Shown: in pieces, positions 36,320 to 50,080 of the stretch | Numbering within the stretch: position 1 is the stretch's first letter | How the letters are laid out: every line of letters begins with the position of its first letter | Source of the DNA: Asterias rubens | Taxonomy: Eukaryota | DNA: 64,000 nucleotides | Assembly (NCBI RefSeq): GCF_902459465.1 | Contig: NC_047071.1 | Span: 7,626,001 to 7,690,000, forward strand | Direction of reading: 5' to 3' | The notes under the pieces: model-generated | Database searches by the model: none | Told to the model about the DNA's origin: nothing | What the model saw: only the letters and a program-made list of their open reading frames with translations | Made by a program: the position numbers and the translations under genes

Positions 36320-38099
36320 CGCTACCATGTACGGGTAATCTTGCGGAAAGGCAGAAAACATCAAAATTTATTGGTCAGATATAATTTATCATATGTGATA
36401 AAACGACAAGTCTTTAAAACACGTGACGTGACAACCCTCACAGGCTGGTTTTAATACGTTGTGGAATGGCCCTAGGACGGCGGTTGGGACAATTTATTAA
36501 ACCGATATTGTCCACATGGCCTGCGTGAAACAACTTGCCGTGTACAGGTAGTCTGCGCTGCTAAACTTCTTAATTTGCTAATATCGTTTAATTGACAATG
36601 TGCAACGCGTAGACAAGACAATGAACAAGGTACACTGCAGGCAATGTTTAACTCTTATTGGCAATCGTTCTAATAAATGTAATATACGGGATTTATATTG
36701 TTATCAAGGGAATTTATTAGTTTTAGTCTTGACTGATTATAAAACCTTCCCATCATCCAGGGACGAATTATCGCTGAAATAAATTCAAAGTTGAGAAAAC
36801 ATCAGGAAATCTAAAAATCTTTTCTTTTTAATTTTGATTGCCGCAATCCAAATAAACACGTGCAAAAACACCTGAGAAAATATAATACCTTTTTGGTTGT
36901 TTACCATGGTAACGTGGTCATTACAATATATAAGTTATTGGCAGGTTTGTTTCATTGATTGTTCGTTGTTGAAACTAGAGGATGTCATTGAAATTCCCTT
37001 CAAAAAACCAACAATGTATGAATAATATGATGTCAAGGTGTTCGTAATCTAAACATTGACAGTTGGCCTACCAAATGAGTCACGGCCGCACATTGCAAGC
37101 ACTCAACCACTGCTGCTTTTTGATAAAATTATTAAAAACGACTAGCAGGAATAAATAATAATAACCTTTTCAATGTGAATTTGTTCAATTAATGTAACGT
37201 TAATCAACCAGAAAGGATCGGTCGTATACGCGCACTGAAGTTGTATCGAAAGTTGTGATTTAATTTATGAGAGCAACTTCAGTTTGGATGAGGAAACATC
37301 AATTGTTGATAGTCTCTAACGGGACCGGTAAACATAGATTACGGTCTATGGTTTGTGTTAACTGTAGCATGTCGTCTGCCAGTGAAACAACCCGCTTGGT
37401 TGCAGGGTGGGCGGGCTAAACAGTCTTCATTTTGGGAACCTGAGCAAACATTGCAAGTTTCTTGGCGAGTCAGGCAAGCAGCGAGTCAAACTTGATGTGT
37501 TTGACAGCTCGAAGTAAGAAACACAACACAATTTTTGATGATTTAAAAAAATAGTCGAATCTACACTGTTAAAATGTATGCTAAATAGTTTTGTTTTGTC
37601 TCATTTTGATTCTTCTTTCACTAAATGATCAAAACATAATTGGTAAGAAAAAAAAACGTCCAAGGTCACAGAATTTAATAACAATTACAGGGTCTGATGA
37701 TGATGATAATAGAAAACATCCTTGAAATGTGTTTTATTTTTTCAAATGTTATTTTAGTCTGAAATGTAATTTCGATGTAAATAAATACAATTAATTTCCC
37801 GTTGGGAGTTTATCGCTCAGTGAGCGTTTTATTCATTTGTTTAATCGATGTCAAGCAAAATGTGTAATCGGTTTTCACTATTATTTTTCTCGTGACCCAG
37901 ATGGCCGATCGATCTCAAACTTCGGGTTTGTCAGTTTATGTATGGTGGATTACAATAAAGTGTTTTGTTATCAAAAAACAATTATGTAATGTTCTTTAAA
38001 TATGGTTGTTTAAAATTACAAGAGAGTAGAGTGATTGAAACAAACTCGCATTAAATGTGTTCGTTCTCATGGCCCAGTTATCAGAATCAGACATTTTGC

Positions 38100-38475
38100 T
38101 TAAAGGCAGTGGACACTATTGGTAATTGTCAAAGAACAATTGGTGTATCTCAACATATGCATACAATAACAAACCGGTGTAAATTTGAGCTCAATCGGTC
38201 ATCGAACTTGCATGATAATAATTAAACAAAAACACCCTTGTCACACGAAGTTGTGTGCGTTTAGATGGTTGATTTCGAGACCTCAAGTTCTAAATCTGAG
38301 GTCTCGAAATCAAATTCGTGGAATATTACTTCTTTCTCGAAAACTATGGCACTTCAGAGGGAGCCGTTTCTCACAAAGTTTTATATTATCAACCTCTCCC
38401 AATTACTCGCCACCAAGAAAGATTTTATGCTGATAATTATTTTGAGTAATTACCAATAGTGTCCACTGCCTTTAA
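38100..38475 (+). mobile_element. Family A MITE, intact
   Basis: TTAA-AGGCAGTGGACAC ... GTGTCCACTGCCT-TTAA. Confidence 0.95.
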
Positions 38476-38689
38476 ATGGACAAACTTACCTTGTTGAAAC
38501 TAGCGTACACATTTCCTTTGTAGTGCCCTTTAGTATTCCTCATAGTTTGCCTTTATAACTTTGGAATAAACAATGTAATTTGTAAATTTTGAATTCTCTG
38601 AAATAAGCTGTGAATGAGCTTCTATTAAGCATTAAAAAGAAGTTTGCATTTTCTTGCCAATTAAATCAATTATTGATTAAACGGCAAGA

Positions 38690-38830
38690 AGCTCACTGCA
38701 AAAACATCTTGACAGGAACTACCACAGGAAAGAAATCTTATAATGTTGTCGTCCACCCCTTCCCCAAAGTGCATTACACTCTAGCATTCCATGTTAAAAT
38801 GTTCCAATTAGTTCGTTTCAATTCATTACT
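38690..38830 (-). mobile_element. Possible decayed LINE APE-endonuclease N-terminus
   Basis: Minus strand NILTWNAR and, after a frameshift, QDVFAVS, resembling APE motifs I and II (ILTWNxxG ... DIIAVSET). Confidence 0.3.
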
Positions 38831-40027
38831 CTTGTCCCGTTTAAACAGATAGTCAATAAATTGGCCAAACCCCGACCCTAACTTTTCCTCGTGTAAAAAC
38901 AGATGTTTGCATACGTTAGTCACCTCAGCTGGCATCGACCGGGTAGCTACCATATTTATACGTGGTTCCTCTACATGCAAACCATTTGATGGGAAACAAT
39001 GATGTCTCATTTAGGCGAACAAGATGGGTAAACAACATGATGAATGGGGGAATAACACTGTTTGTGAGTGGTGTCATTGTTCAAATGTTTACACTCGAAT
39101 TTGTTTTAATTTTGGTGGAATGATAGGCAAGTTAAGAGATCGATTCTGCGGAACGTATGGTTTCAGTCACACGCTACTAATCAAAGATTACACAATTCTC
39201 CCAATCTTAGAAATTTAATGAAAGAATAAGGAACGGTTTGTGGATGAGTAATTATTGGGTGTGTATATTTTGAGGTAGTCGTGCCGGTTTGTTCGAGAAT
39301 TTGATTAAATTACATTGATTTTTATGACCAATATCCTTGTGTGATAAAGCAAACTCAAAGCTGTCGAAGCTCTGAAGACAATCAATTTGAAGATGCGGAT
39401 GATATTGAAGTTAAGTTGTGATCATAATTACCCTAAAGTGTTGATAATCATTACTTTGCGTCATTTCAAGCGAGATTCGTCTAATCACAGAACGGATTTG
39501 AAAACATTATATTATAAAGGCCTCAGTCAAACGGTTTGAAATCAAAATGTTAATTTAAATCAAAAGAAAATTGCTGGGTGAGGGACGCAGATTTTTATAT
39601 TTGCAATTACCATGTCTGTCTGGCTCGGATGAAGAAGACACAAGTCTTACTTTTTAAACGTTTATTAGATTTCTTCGTTTATTTTGTAACTATTATAATT
39701 TGTTTAGATTCCTAAAATGTTTGATGGCGCTTTCAATTCAATTCAAGAAATTAGATGCATTTGGAAACTGACAGTGATTGTCACTCATCTACATAAACAA
39801 AATAACAACGATTCAAAAATTCAGGCTATTGTCCGGTGCGACTGATTTTTAAATTGTGAATCCAATCATCAATTGGACTGTTTCTTGTCTTAAAGGACAC
39901 AAGTCGGGCTGTTGATCCCTCATAACAGATTTCTTATAATGCTATCAGTTTTTCCTCTTTCACATGATCCGACAATATGTTGTTTTATTATTTGTGTACT
40001 GACTCCTGGTTTCTTCACACTCCCCAG

Positions 40028-40163
40028 TTCATAAGCGTGTTGCTCCGGGTTTGGCATGCCGTGTCTGTGGCGATATTTCCTCGGGCAAACATTACGGAAT
40101 CTACGCTTGCAACGGTTGCAGTGGATTCTTCAAGAGAAGTGTTCGTCGAAAACTCATATACAG
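40028..40163 (+). CDS. NR2E3: NR2E3/PNR exon 2, zinc finger 1 ([46 protein letters not shown])
   Basis: P-box CNGCSG is diagnostic of PNR/NR2E3 (TLX has CDGCSG). Acceptor ctccccAG, donor AG|GTGGGT. Confidence 0.97.
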
Positions 40164-42659
40164 GTGGGTGCATTATGATTCGACACCTAAAGGAGTATGG
40201 ATGGAAGTATCCATAAAAGACATCCTTAATGAACAGAACAATATTTTATAAAAACAATTGAAAAACAAAAGTGTGCTCAGCATTTCAGAGATTCATCTCT
40301 CTCTATCCCTAAAAGGTTGGCCTAAAAAGGTAGGGATAAAAAGCTGTGGAGAATATATCGATCCAATAATATTAAACGACTATGGAATAGCGCTATTTAA
40401 CTTTGAATACGTTTCCGTAATTTTGTTTGGGTGGTGCCGAGTTCCCTCCCGTGCCGTGGCTGACGAGACGGGCCAATTTTCCAATCAAGACGCGAAGAGA
40501 GAACAAACAATTCATTAGGAGTATTATCCAAACATCAAAGACACACAGATCGTGCGACACTGTGCCATTATAAGCGAGCAATTATTTAACCAGCGTGATA
40601 TGACACATGAAGCGAACCTTTGTAACAGGGGAGAATAAAAGAGTTTAATTAATAGCATGGGGGATAGAGCAATGTCGACGTACAAGGTCATACTGTGCAA
40701 TGTCGTGCTGTGTTGCTCTATTCAAAGAGAGATTGCTAACGTTATGAAGAGGGGCTAAGCCCAACACAGTTCAATAGTCTACTGTAATAAGATCTATTAT
40801 TATTATTATGGTTTGTCGCTTAACCAATCAGTCAGGAATGTGGGGGATCCATGATTGAACCTATAACCTACTCTTTTCTTGCATTCATAACCTCCGCCTC
40901 CACACATTAGAAGATATTATTTTCCCAGCGGGCGGCACACTCTGAATCAGGACAAAACGCAATCGTTAGACAAACAGATCGGAAATACCATTTAGTAGAA
41001 CTCAAACAAAGTTCACTTTTAATTGTAATGGTGTAATGGGTATTAGGAAAGGTATACATGAAAATATGAACATTATATCAGGCACCCTTTATTGCTGTAT
41101 GGGACATCAGAAGATGAGATACCATTGTTCGTTTATAGTTGAAGGACTAGACAAGCACTGCGTAAAAAAAAAAAAAATCGGAGGTGGTCAGAAAACAATG
41201 AAGCCATATCCAAGTACACCGTTTGTTTTGTAGTGTGCTCATTTCCCTCATTGTGTTACCTTTTACCCAAGATTGTGTCCACAAATTTTGCCAAACAGGA
41301 AAAAACATTCAAACTATAGGAACAAATAAATTGGGATTAATAGAACATGTTCCAAACAAAAAAACCAAGCAAATCAAAACATTTCTGGAAGAATAACTGG
41401 GAAAAAAAACAGGTTAAGAATTATTAAAAAAATCATAAAGAAACTGAAAAACAGCACTGCTTGTAATTTTAAAACTTAACATGCACGTAATTTGGTTTGG
41501 TTAACACATACTGTATATCACGACTAACAAAAATAACAGTTGTCGCAGAAATGAGAAGAATTCATCAAATGGCAAAGATTGGATTAAGTCTTTGTTTTCT
41601 TTTTCCCGGAAAATTGCATAAATGTATTATTATTATTATAATTTTTTTACTCGAATATAATGCGCAAAGCTAAAAAAAAAAAAAAAAAAAAAAATAGTAA
41701 AGCTGAGCTCGCATGATGGTTCCATGATTATTTTGTGTGTAAACATTTTCGCTCTCAGCATCGATCATAAGGATCAAAACAATTACACAAACAAACAACA
41801 AAACAAATAATTAAATAAATCATTAATAGAAACATGAATTAGACAGCTTTATACTATAACGTTTGGAATGTCTTAAGTAGGGAAGAAGTGAAACAAATAC
41901 AACCTTTAAATTGAACACACAAGAGCAAATTTTTAAGAGATGAACAAAACTTAGCATTTTGGGAATTTAAAGTTTTATGTACAATTTGTTTAGTAATTTT
42001 TATTATCAGCAATTTGTGTGTGCGTTTTTCCAAGTCTTTTCATCTTTCGGTAGTTTATCCGCTGAACTAACCAGAACTAAAATTTACTATAGAACACATG
42101 TTGGCTAAACACAAGGTATTTATGCATATCAATCAACACCAATCAATAAAAAGCACTTATGACTTGCAATGTGAATTCCGGTTTAGCATTCACTTCACAT
42201 CACAATTCCATAAAGTAAACTTGAAGGTTGGTGGACAGACACCTCCGCATTTCCCAAAGAGGCGTTCACATTTTAACGCCTGAAGTCTTAAAGCCGCATC
42301 TTAGATACTCAGCCTTGTAAGATTGAGGTGTGAGAGGTTAGTCATGCTGATACTGCTGCGCCTACGAAGAGGAAAGTCACTCAATCATAAAGTTATCTGA
42401 GAGGAAGACGTGTGTACTTTGAATACAACACAATCCATAAACAAAGTATGATTTGAGATGACCTATATACTAACTTAATTCAATAACGACAAGATTTAGT
42501 TTGCGAAGATTTTACTTTATGGTTTATGAAACAACTTTTCAGGCAGTGTGAATCAAGGTTATGCTATGGAATATGAGAGTTATAGGTTTCTGCAGCAAAC
42601 ATAATATCCTCGTATAGGGCTTGCAAGGCTATATTTTGTAAAGGATTATGAATATGTTG

Positions 42660-44045
42660 CTCAGCAAAAGTGAGATTCCGATCCCACTAAGTGATTGTGA
42701 GATCCTAATCCTATTCAGTGATATAGTGAGATCCCAATCCACTCGGTTAAAGTGAGATTCCAATCTAACTCGGAGATCCCAATCCCACACGAGATCACCC
42801 TTTACTCAGTGACAATGAAATCACAACTTACTCAGTATCAGTGGAGATTACAACTTACTCAGTGACAGTGAGATCAGAACTTACTCAGTGACAGTGAGAT
42901 CACAACTTACTCAGTAACAGTGAGATCACAACTTACTCAGTGACATTGAGTTTACAACTTACTCAGTGACAGTGAGATCACAACTTACTCAGTGAAAGTG
43001 AAGAAACAACTTACTCAGTGACAGTAAGATCAGAACTTACTCAGTGAAATGTAGGTAACATCTTACTCAGTGGCAGTGAGATCACAACTTACTCAGTAAC
43101 ACTGAGATCACAACTTACTCAGTGACAGTGGGATCACAACTTACTCAGTGACAATGAAATCACAACTTACAGTGACAGTGAGATCACAACTTACTCAGTG
43201 ACAGTGAGATCATAACTTACTCAGTGACAGTGAGATCACAACTTACTCAGTAACAGTGAGATCACAACTTACTCAGTGACAGTGAGATCCCAACTTACTC
43301 AGTGACAGTGACTTCACAACTTACTCAGTAACAGTGGGATCACAACTTACTCAGTGACAGTGAGATCACAACTTACTCAGTAACAGTGAGATCTCAACTT
43401 ATTCAGTGACAGTGAGATCAGAACTTACTCAGTGACAGTGAGACCACAACTTACTCAGTGACATTGAGATCACAACTTACTCAGTGACACTGAGATCACA
43501 ACTTACTCAGTGACAGTGATATCACAACTTACTCAGCGACAGTGAGTTCACAACTTACTTAGTGACAGTGAGATCACAAATTACTCGGTGACAGTGAGAT
43601 CACAACTTACTCAGTGACAGTGAGATCACAACTTACTCGGTGACAGTGAGATCCCAACTTACTCAGTGACAGTGAGATCACAACTTACTCAGTAACAGTG
43701 AGATCACAACTTACTCAGTGACAGTGAGATCCCAACTTACTCAGTGACAGTGACTTCACAACTTACTCAGTAACAGTGGGATCACAACTTACTCAGTGAC
43801 AGTGAGATCACAACTTACTCAGTAACAGTGAGATCTCAACGTATTCAGTGACAGTGAGATCAGAACTTACTCAGTGACAGTGAGACCACAACTTACTCAG
43901 TGACATTGAGATCACAACTTACTCAGTGACACTGAGATCACAACTTACTCAGTGACAGTGAGATCACAACTTACTCAGTGACAGTGAGATCACAACTTAC
44001 TCAGTGCCAGTGAGATCACAACTTACTCAGTGACAGTGATGAGAC
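42660..44045 (+). repeat. 26-bp minisatellite (CACAACTTACTCAGTGACAGTGAGAT), about 47 units plus a degenerate 5' lead-in, in NR2E3 intron 2
   Basis: Contiguous units from about 42800 to 44040. Diagnostic variants recur at an offset of 442 bp (17 units). Confidence 0.97.
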
Positions 44046-44440
44046 CACAGTGTATTTAAGTGACAGTGGAGCAGTCCAAATTAGTGATCGTAATTTTGAT
44101 GTCATTTTCATAAAGAGTTGGATTGTGTATAACAAGAAGAAAATAATGAATTTTTTTCGTACATACATTTTTTAAACCATGCACAGCTCTGGGAATTTGG
44201 TTAAAGAATTTAAAATGATGGTGCTAAATTGAAGGTTTTGACAAAAGAAACCTTAAAAGTTCACCTTAAACTTGAATGAATGTTTGAACAGCATCAATTT
44301 GCACATCATTATAAAATTTCGGGTCCCAGAGTCACTGACCAAGTAATAAGAACTTAAAGTCAATTACCGAAACACAATTTTGGAAGAGTCGAAGTCTGTG
44401 TCATCGAATTAAAGTTGTGATAATCTGTTTTGTTGTACAG

Positions 44441-44544
44441 GTGTCAGGCCGGTACGGGGATGTGTGTGGTCGACAAGGCGCATCGTAATCAATGCCAAGC
44501 CTGCCGCTTGAAAAAATGCTTGGAGACGGGCATGAATAAAGATG
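44441..44544 (+). CDS. NR2E3: NR2E3/PNR exon 3, zinc finger 2 ([34 protein letters not shown])
   Basis: Acceptor tgttgtacAG phase 2, donor G|GTGAGT. Close to human [26 protein letters not shown]. Confidence 0.97.
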
Positions 44545-47500
44545 GTGAGTCGGGGAATAACATCGCCAGTTATAGGTCAGATCAGTCAACGTAAAATATA
44601 TAAAGTTGTAAAAAGCTTTTATTATGGAATTAGTGATGTGCGGTTTATTCGTAACTTTATGTTGGACTGTCGAACATGGTTTACGTCTAACGCGTACTTG
44701 CATGACGGAAATATTCAAAGATATTATGTTTGCAATATGTTACCGATATGCACGTAATATATAGGGGTGTAAGTTGGCTCTCGTGGGTAAAACAATGACA
44801 CTACTATACAATGGAAGTGTAAATTACTGTCCGGTTTGTAAATTTACTATTGAACTGTCTGACGTAATAGTGGTAAACACGGCTCACTAGCAATTGTTTT
44901 TCATAATTACAAAATTAAATGTAATATGTAGTTGAAACGTTGCTCGATATTAAGATAAAAAATTACGTTGGTTACAACTTTGAGAAAAACGCAGTCGTTG
45001 TATAAAATGCCATAGATAAATCCATGCAAAAATGTCGAATACAAACTTTCTCAAAAACAAAATCAATTAATCTGATAAGGCAATCACTTAGAAAAGGAAT
45101 GTTTTGTTTTCATCAAAATGCAGTTTCGCACATTCAACAGTTTGAACTTGCGTAAGGATTGTCAAATTACAGGTTTTTTTCATCCAATGTTCTTTTTCAC
45201 ATTCAGCAATTGTTGTTGTATGCCCTCGTTACTTCATCGGTTTTTCATGTTTGTTTTGGCAATAAATGGTTTTAGTGAGATGTTTAAATCCACTCTAAAA
45301 AAATCAAAGAGGGGGAGAGGAAAAGGGGTACGTTTGGAAATCTCTGGAAACGGCGGGTCTGATTTGTATTAGCGTCGACAAGACTGCACAGAAAGACATG
45401 AACAATTACTTGGCACAAAGTTGTACGTATAATTTGAATAAATAAAGGTGTAGACAGATTATATTAAAAACCTGATCAAATCCTTCTCACTACAAGTACA
45501 TGCCGTTAGAATGTTAATCTTATCAAAGACCATCTTCAAATCAAACCCCAAGAACATCCGACGCAATGAAACGTGTCCTGATAAGGGGCCAGCTAGTTGT
45601 CGTATTTTAAATGACCCAATATTTAGAGAGTCGCAAGAGCGCTGTTGTCACATTACGTACGAATCACGTATTCGATGGCGGGAAATTGTTGGTGTTAGAG
45701 CGGCCGGTAGTGGGTCTCGTGTTTGCCGACCGCCGTGTACGGCAACAACACGGGGCCGCGTAGAACGAAGACCGAACAAAACTGTCAGCCTGTGCCGTCA
45801 TCTCGGCCCTCTCAAATTGAATTATTGGCGGTGAGAAAGCACGAGCCTGTCAGTGGGATCTTGAGAATAATAATGGCAATGATGACGATAATAAAAAAGA
45901 GCAGATATATGGAGAGTTTTTTGTTATGGAATGCCGCGACACCGTTGGGGCGACAAGAGTAACTTGAGCCGCAAGTTGATATCGAGCGGAGATCCTTCGC
46001 TCGCGCCCTGACGGCTGGACCCAACTCAAATTTGATAGTCCCCACCCCTTGCACTAATTCAATAAGGTGCATTTTATGTTATTTTCCCATTGCCCGTGAC
46101 TTGGGTGTTTGAACAGCAGGCTTGCTACTTCGTGCTTGCCAGATTGCTTTCTAGCGAAGAGGCACATTGATGATTTAATAGAGTGTGAAGGAATAACTGA
46201 GCGTGAATGATGTATGGCCGACATGTTTAAGGCAAAAGACTGAGTTTATAAATCACTGTGATAGGTGCAAACACAATATGGACAAACATCATCGTCTTCT
46301 TTAAATCTGCATACTTACGCCCAAATTTACTTCCCAAACTTTTTCAAAATTAAACATGATTTGGTATGTCCTGTAGAAGTCCCTTGAAGTTGATACGTAT
46401 TGGAGCGCAACTCTTGGTTTCGGTAACAGCACGACGATAAGCAAATCAGACTTTAAAAACAAACACCGATAGGCCTACGTTAAATTGATTGTCGTTACGG
46501 CGGCACATTTGAACAGTTAAAGATACCGCAAGGTTTCAAACCGGCTGGTCCTGCACTGAGAGTTTTTCGAGAAGTGTTCAATTCATGCATTTTACACCCC
46601 CTTCATTTTTCCATCTTGCAATCGTTTGATTTTCCCCTTTGGTGGTTTAATTTTTAGTTGGTGCATGGCATGAATAAAATGAAATGACACCATCCGTTGC
46701 CTGATTCGACTCCATTTGAATCTCAACATCGATCCAATTTTCAAGTTTGAAGTTTTATGTGATACTTAAAGATGGCCGGTTAGTGACGGAAAATCAACAA
46801 AACTAATTGTAACATAGGCTGAATAATTCGATATTTTACAGTTTCAAAAATTCGATAACTTGCCGTTCTGAAAGTTCTGATGCTGAACCAACAGTCTGGT
46901 ACTTAAACCTCGGGCATACAGTGGTTATACACACCAAGACTGGACTCGTTGAAGAACTAACTAAATTGAGAGGTGATGGAAAATGTGGACCATCATTGAT
47001 CCAAGAGCCGGGAAAATATCGCCTTTCCTCTAACCAGTTTGCACGTTGATTATCTGAACGCTAATGTCTTGATTCCCCGGACAAGGCGGAGACACGGCTT
47101 GGAATTAGCCAGAGTGGCGAGAGGCAGGACCCAACCATCAATTCGATTACTCCACAATTTACGAGATGGCATTTTGCTGTTTCTACTCGCGCTAGCGTGA
47201 AATTGATACCAATTTGTTAACTGGTTCGCAGCAGAATCGTGTAGCCGCCGGACTGTGTGCCGTTTTAAACTACGTCAAAAGTCATTTCTGGCAGTTTGTT
47301 TAAACAGTATCGACTGACACCGGAGCCCGTCAAGCCTCCCAGAGATTCTCAATTTGGTCAGACATTGCTTCATTTTATCACGAGTGGATGAGAGTCGGTT
47401 AAGATTGTGCGGCTAGAAAAAAAATAGTAACGATGGCAAGTTACCTCCAAGGCATTGAGCAAGGCCGGGCACGGTGATGTGAAAAATCTGCAAGACAATT

Positions 47501-47797
47501 TCGGGGAAGATGCAGCAGTAATCAGTAAAAATAAAAACCCATACTCTATAACGTTGTATTATCGTATCCAACAGCATGAATATCAATTCAGGGAAAGTTA
47601 GGTGATGTTAAACTGAGTCGTTGCCCTGTCGGTTGCTCCATTAAATGATTGGTTTTAAACCGCTTCACAGCTGAGATTATGCTCAGATGTATTGTAATCG
47701 CAAAGGGATATGAATATTAACTAACCATTTAAAACCAAGACAGCATTTAAAACCACAGAAATGATTCGGAAACCTGTTTTTGTTATTTCTCAAGCAG

Positions 47798-48034
47798 CTG
47801 TTCAGAATGAGAGACAACCACGTAACACTGCCCAGATAAGAATGGACTGCGTTCCTTCAGTGACTGCCGTGGATCATCATGATTTCGACGGCAGTCCAGT
47901 GAGCATGATGCGCGGTGAACAAGCCTCGTCCACGGTACCGACCATGCATCGTTCGGTCACACCTACTATCAATCATCGCTTCATGGCTAGTCTAATGACG
48001 GCTGAGACGTGTGCTAAACTTGAACCTGAAGATG
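47798..48034 (+). CDS. NR2E3: NR2E3/PNR exon 4, T/A box and hinge (AVQNERQPRNTAQ...FMASLMTAETCAKLEPED)
   Basis: Acceptor caagcAG, donor G|GTACAT. AVQNERQPR and FMASLMTAETCAKLEPED are PNR motifs. Confidence 0.95.
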
Positions 48035-48630
48035 GTACATACAAACTGTCCATTCTCTATTATTTATTTATTTGTGACCCATTGGCTAATGAGTGCTTCC
48101 ATGTGGCCTAGTGTATATCAGCAATATAAAGCCCAAGATATGCTATGTCATTAAAAGTACATGATTACAGACAGAAAAAAAAACAAATCAACCAGCAATC
48201 CAAAATGTTTTGTTTTGGTGAAGAATTTTGTTTTATGATAAAAGTACAGATAAGGAGTATTCTTACTGGCTGTTACATTATGCTCATCATCCTTAAGGCG
48301 GATTCATTGACAAAAGACCGGCAATTCAACATATAATGAGCAATAAAGACCCCCCGGCTCTGTCAAGTTTCATGTTAACGAGTAAAGACCCGACTTCTGT
48401 TTTGGCGCGAGAATACATTACCCTTCATTACCAGACAACAAAACATTAATTTCCAAGCCCGTTCAATTACTTCAGCATGAATAGGAACCTGGGAGGAAAA
48501 TCATAAATAAGTAAAGGTTTGGATGCATGCGATATTAAAATATGGACACACCATGCCTAGCTTCGACAGCTCACGCCCCAAGCATTTATGACAAAAGTTT
48601 GACTCCTTAGTCATTCTTCTTCTTATTCAG

Positions 48631-48857
48631 CGTTACATGACAATGTTGACATAGATGTGACTGGAGGAATGGACAGTGAGACAGAGGAGCATCTTCGCCA
48701 TCGCACTGGACAACAACCGGCAAGCACACCCCGGGAACTCTCACTCTACCCGGGGGCTCAAGAGAACATTTACGAGTCATCAGCCAGGCTTCTCTTTATG
48801 GCCGTCAAGTGGGCTAAAAATCTACCGTCGTTCTCTAATCTTCCCTTTCGAGATCAG
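48631..48857 (+). CDS. NR2E3: NR2E3/PNR exon 5, LBD start (...[32 protein letters not shown])
   Basis: Acceptor tcttattcAG, donor CAG|GTAAAT, LBD signature. Confidence 0.96.
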
Positions 48858-49537
48858 GTAAATTGCCATTTTAAGGATTAAAGCAGTTTCTGGGGAACAC
48901 ACTTTGTAATTCTGTGAAGCATCGTGAGTTTGTTGTGAGTGCGAAGTGGTTGATCCGCACTAACCTAAGAATCAACACCTTCTCATTATGGCCATTTATA
49001 TTTTATTCAAGCTTATTTTAGCTCAAATGATGTTAACTACAATGTCTCTAGTAATTGGCGTAAGTTATGTGTCAAAAGTATAACAACTAAAAAGTTTATA
49101 CATTTTCTTTGTAATAAAGTCCGAGAATGTTCCCTTTTCATTTGTTGGCCCTTTTTACTTTGACTTAGACAGTTAGTGTCAGTAGGGGGAGGGGAGGGGG
49201 GGGGGCACGTGTCTGACCCTAATTGATGTGAGTGACCCCGGGTGCCCCAACTTGAAAACATGGATTTTGGGATTGGATATTTCTAGAGTAATGCATGCCA
49301 TTTAGTTATCGCATTGATTGATATTGAAAATAGCTATAGTGTTGACTGAACTCTTCTTATTTGGAATGTCAAGACTTAATAAGGGCTACCTGTGTTGAGT
49401 GTGTATTGTTCTTTCAAAGTATGCATCTTGTGACACAAAATTTACGTATTTCAATGATTTTACCTCAAATCTGAACTCTGTAGTCTGCAGTATAGCATAC
49501 TGTTACAGAAACTAATTGACATTTTATATTTCACCAG

Positions 49538-49793
49538 GTTATCCTTCTTGAGGAGGCATGGAGTGAGTTGTTTGTACTCTGTGCCATTCAATGGTCGATG
49601 CCTCTTGAATCATGCCCAATTCTTTCCCTCTCGGAACACGCCCACGAAGTGGGTGCTACGTCACCAGACACCAAAGCCGTCGCCATGTTGTCCGACATCA
49701 GAGTCCTTCGTGAGGTGATGGCACGCTTTAAATCATTCTCAGTAGATGCAGCTGAGTTTGCTTGTATGAAAGCCATTGTCTTATTTAAACCAG
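49538..49793 (+). CDS. NR2E3: NR2E3/PNR exon 6 ([24 protein letters not shown]...[13 protein letters not shown])
   Basis: Acceptor ttcaccAG, donor AG|GTAAGC. Confidence 0.96.
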
Positions 49794-50080
49794 GTAAGCT
49801 CACAAATGAAGTTTCCAAATAAAACAGGCATTATTGTTTTCTCAACCACTTGGTCAGTTGAACCAAAATCCAAAGAAAGACCCAATTATAAACCCGTATT
49901 CTCAAGTTTGACCCCGTTATTTAATAGCTTAACCCATTTAGCACTCTTCCCAAATTGAATACAAATGCATTACAATGAAACTCTTCATGGACTTTCCAAG
50001 AGGGATTTGAGTGTCGTGTCAACTTTTGTTCGTCAAGATCTCGTTTTTTTCAACTTTTATCTGCATTTCTCTTCCTTAAC

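Noticed and set aside
42800-44040. CRISPR-like array
   Set aside because: Units are contiguous with no unique spacers, there are no cas genes, and the context is a eukaryotic intron.
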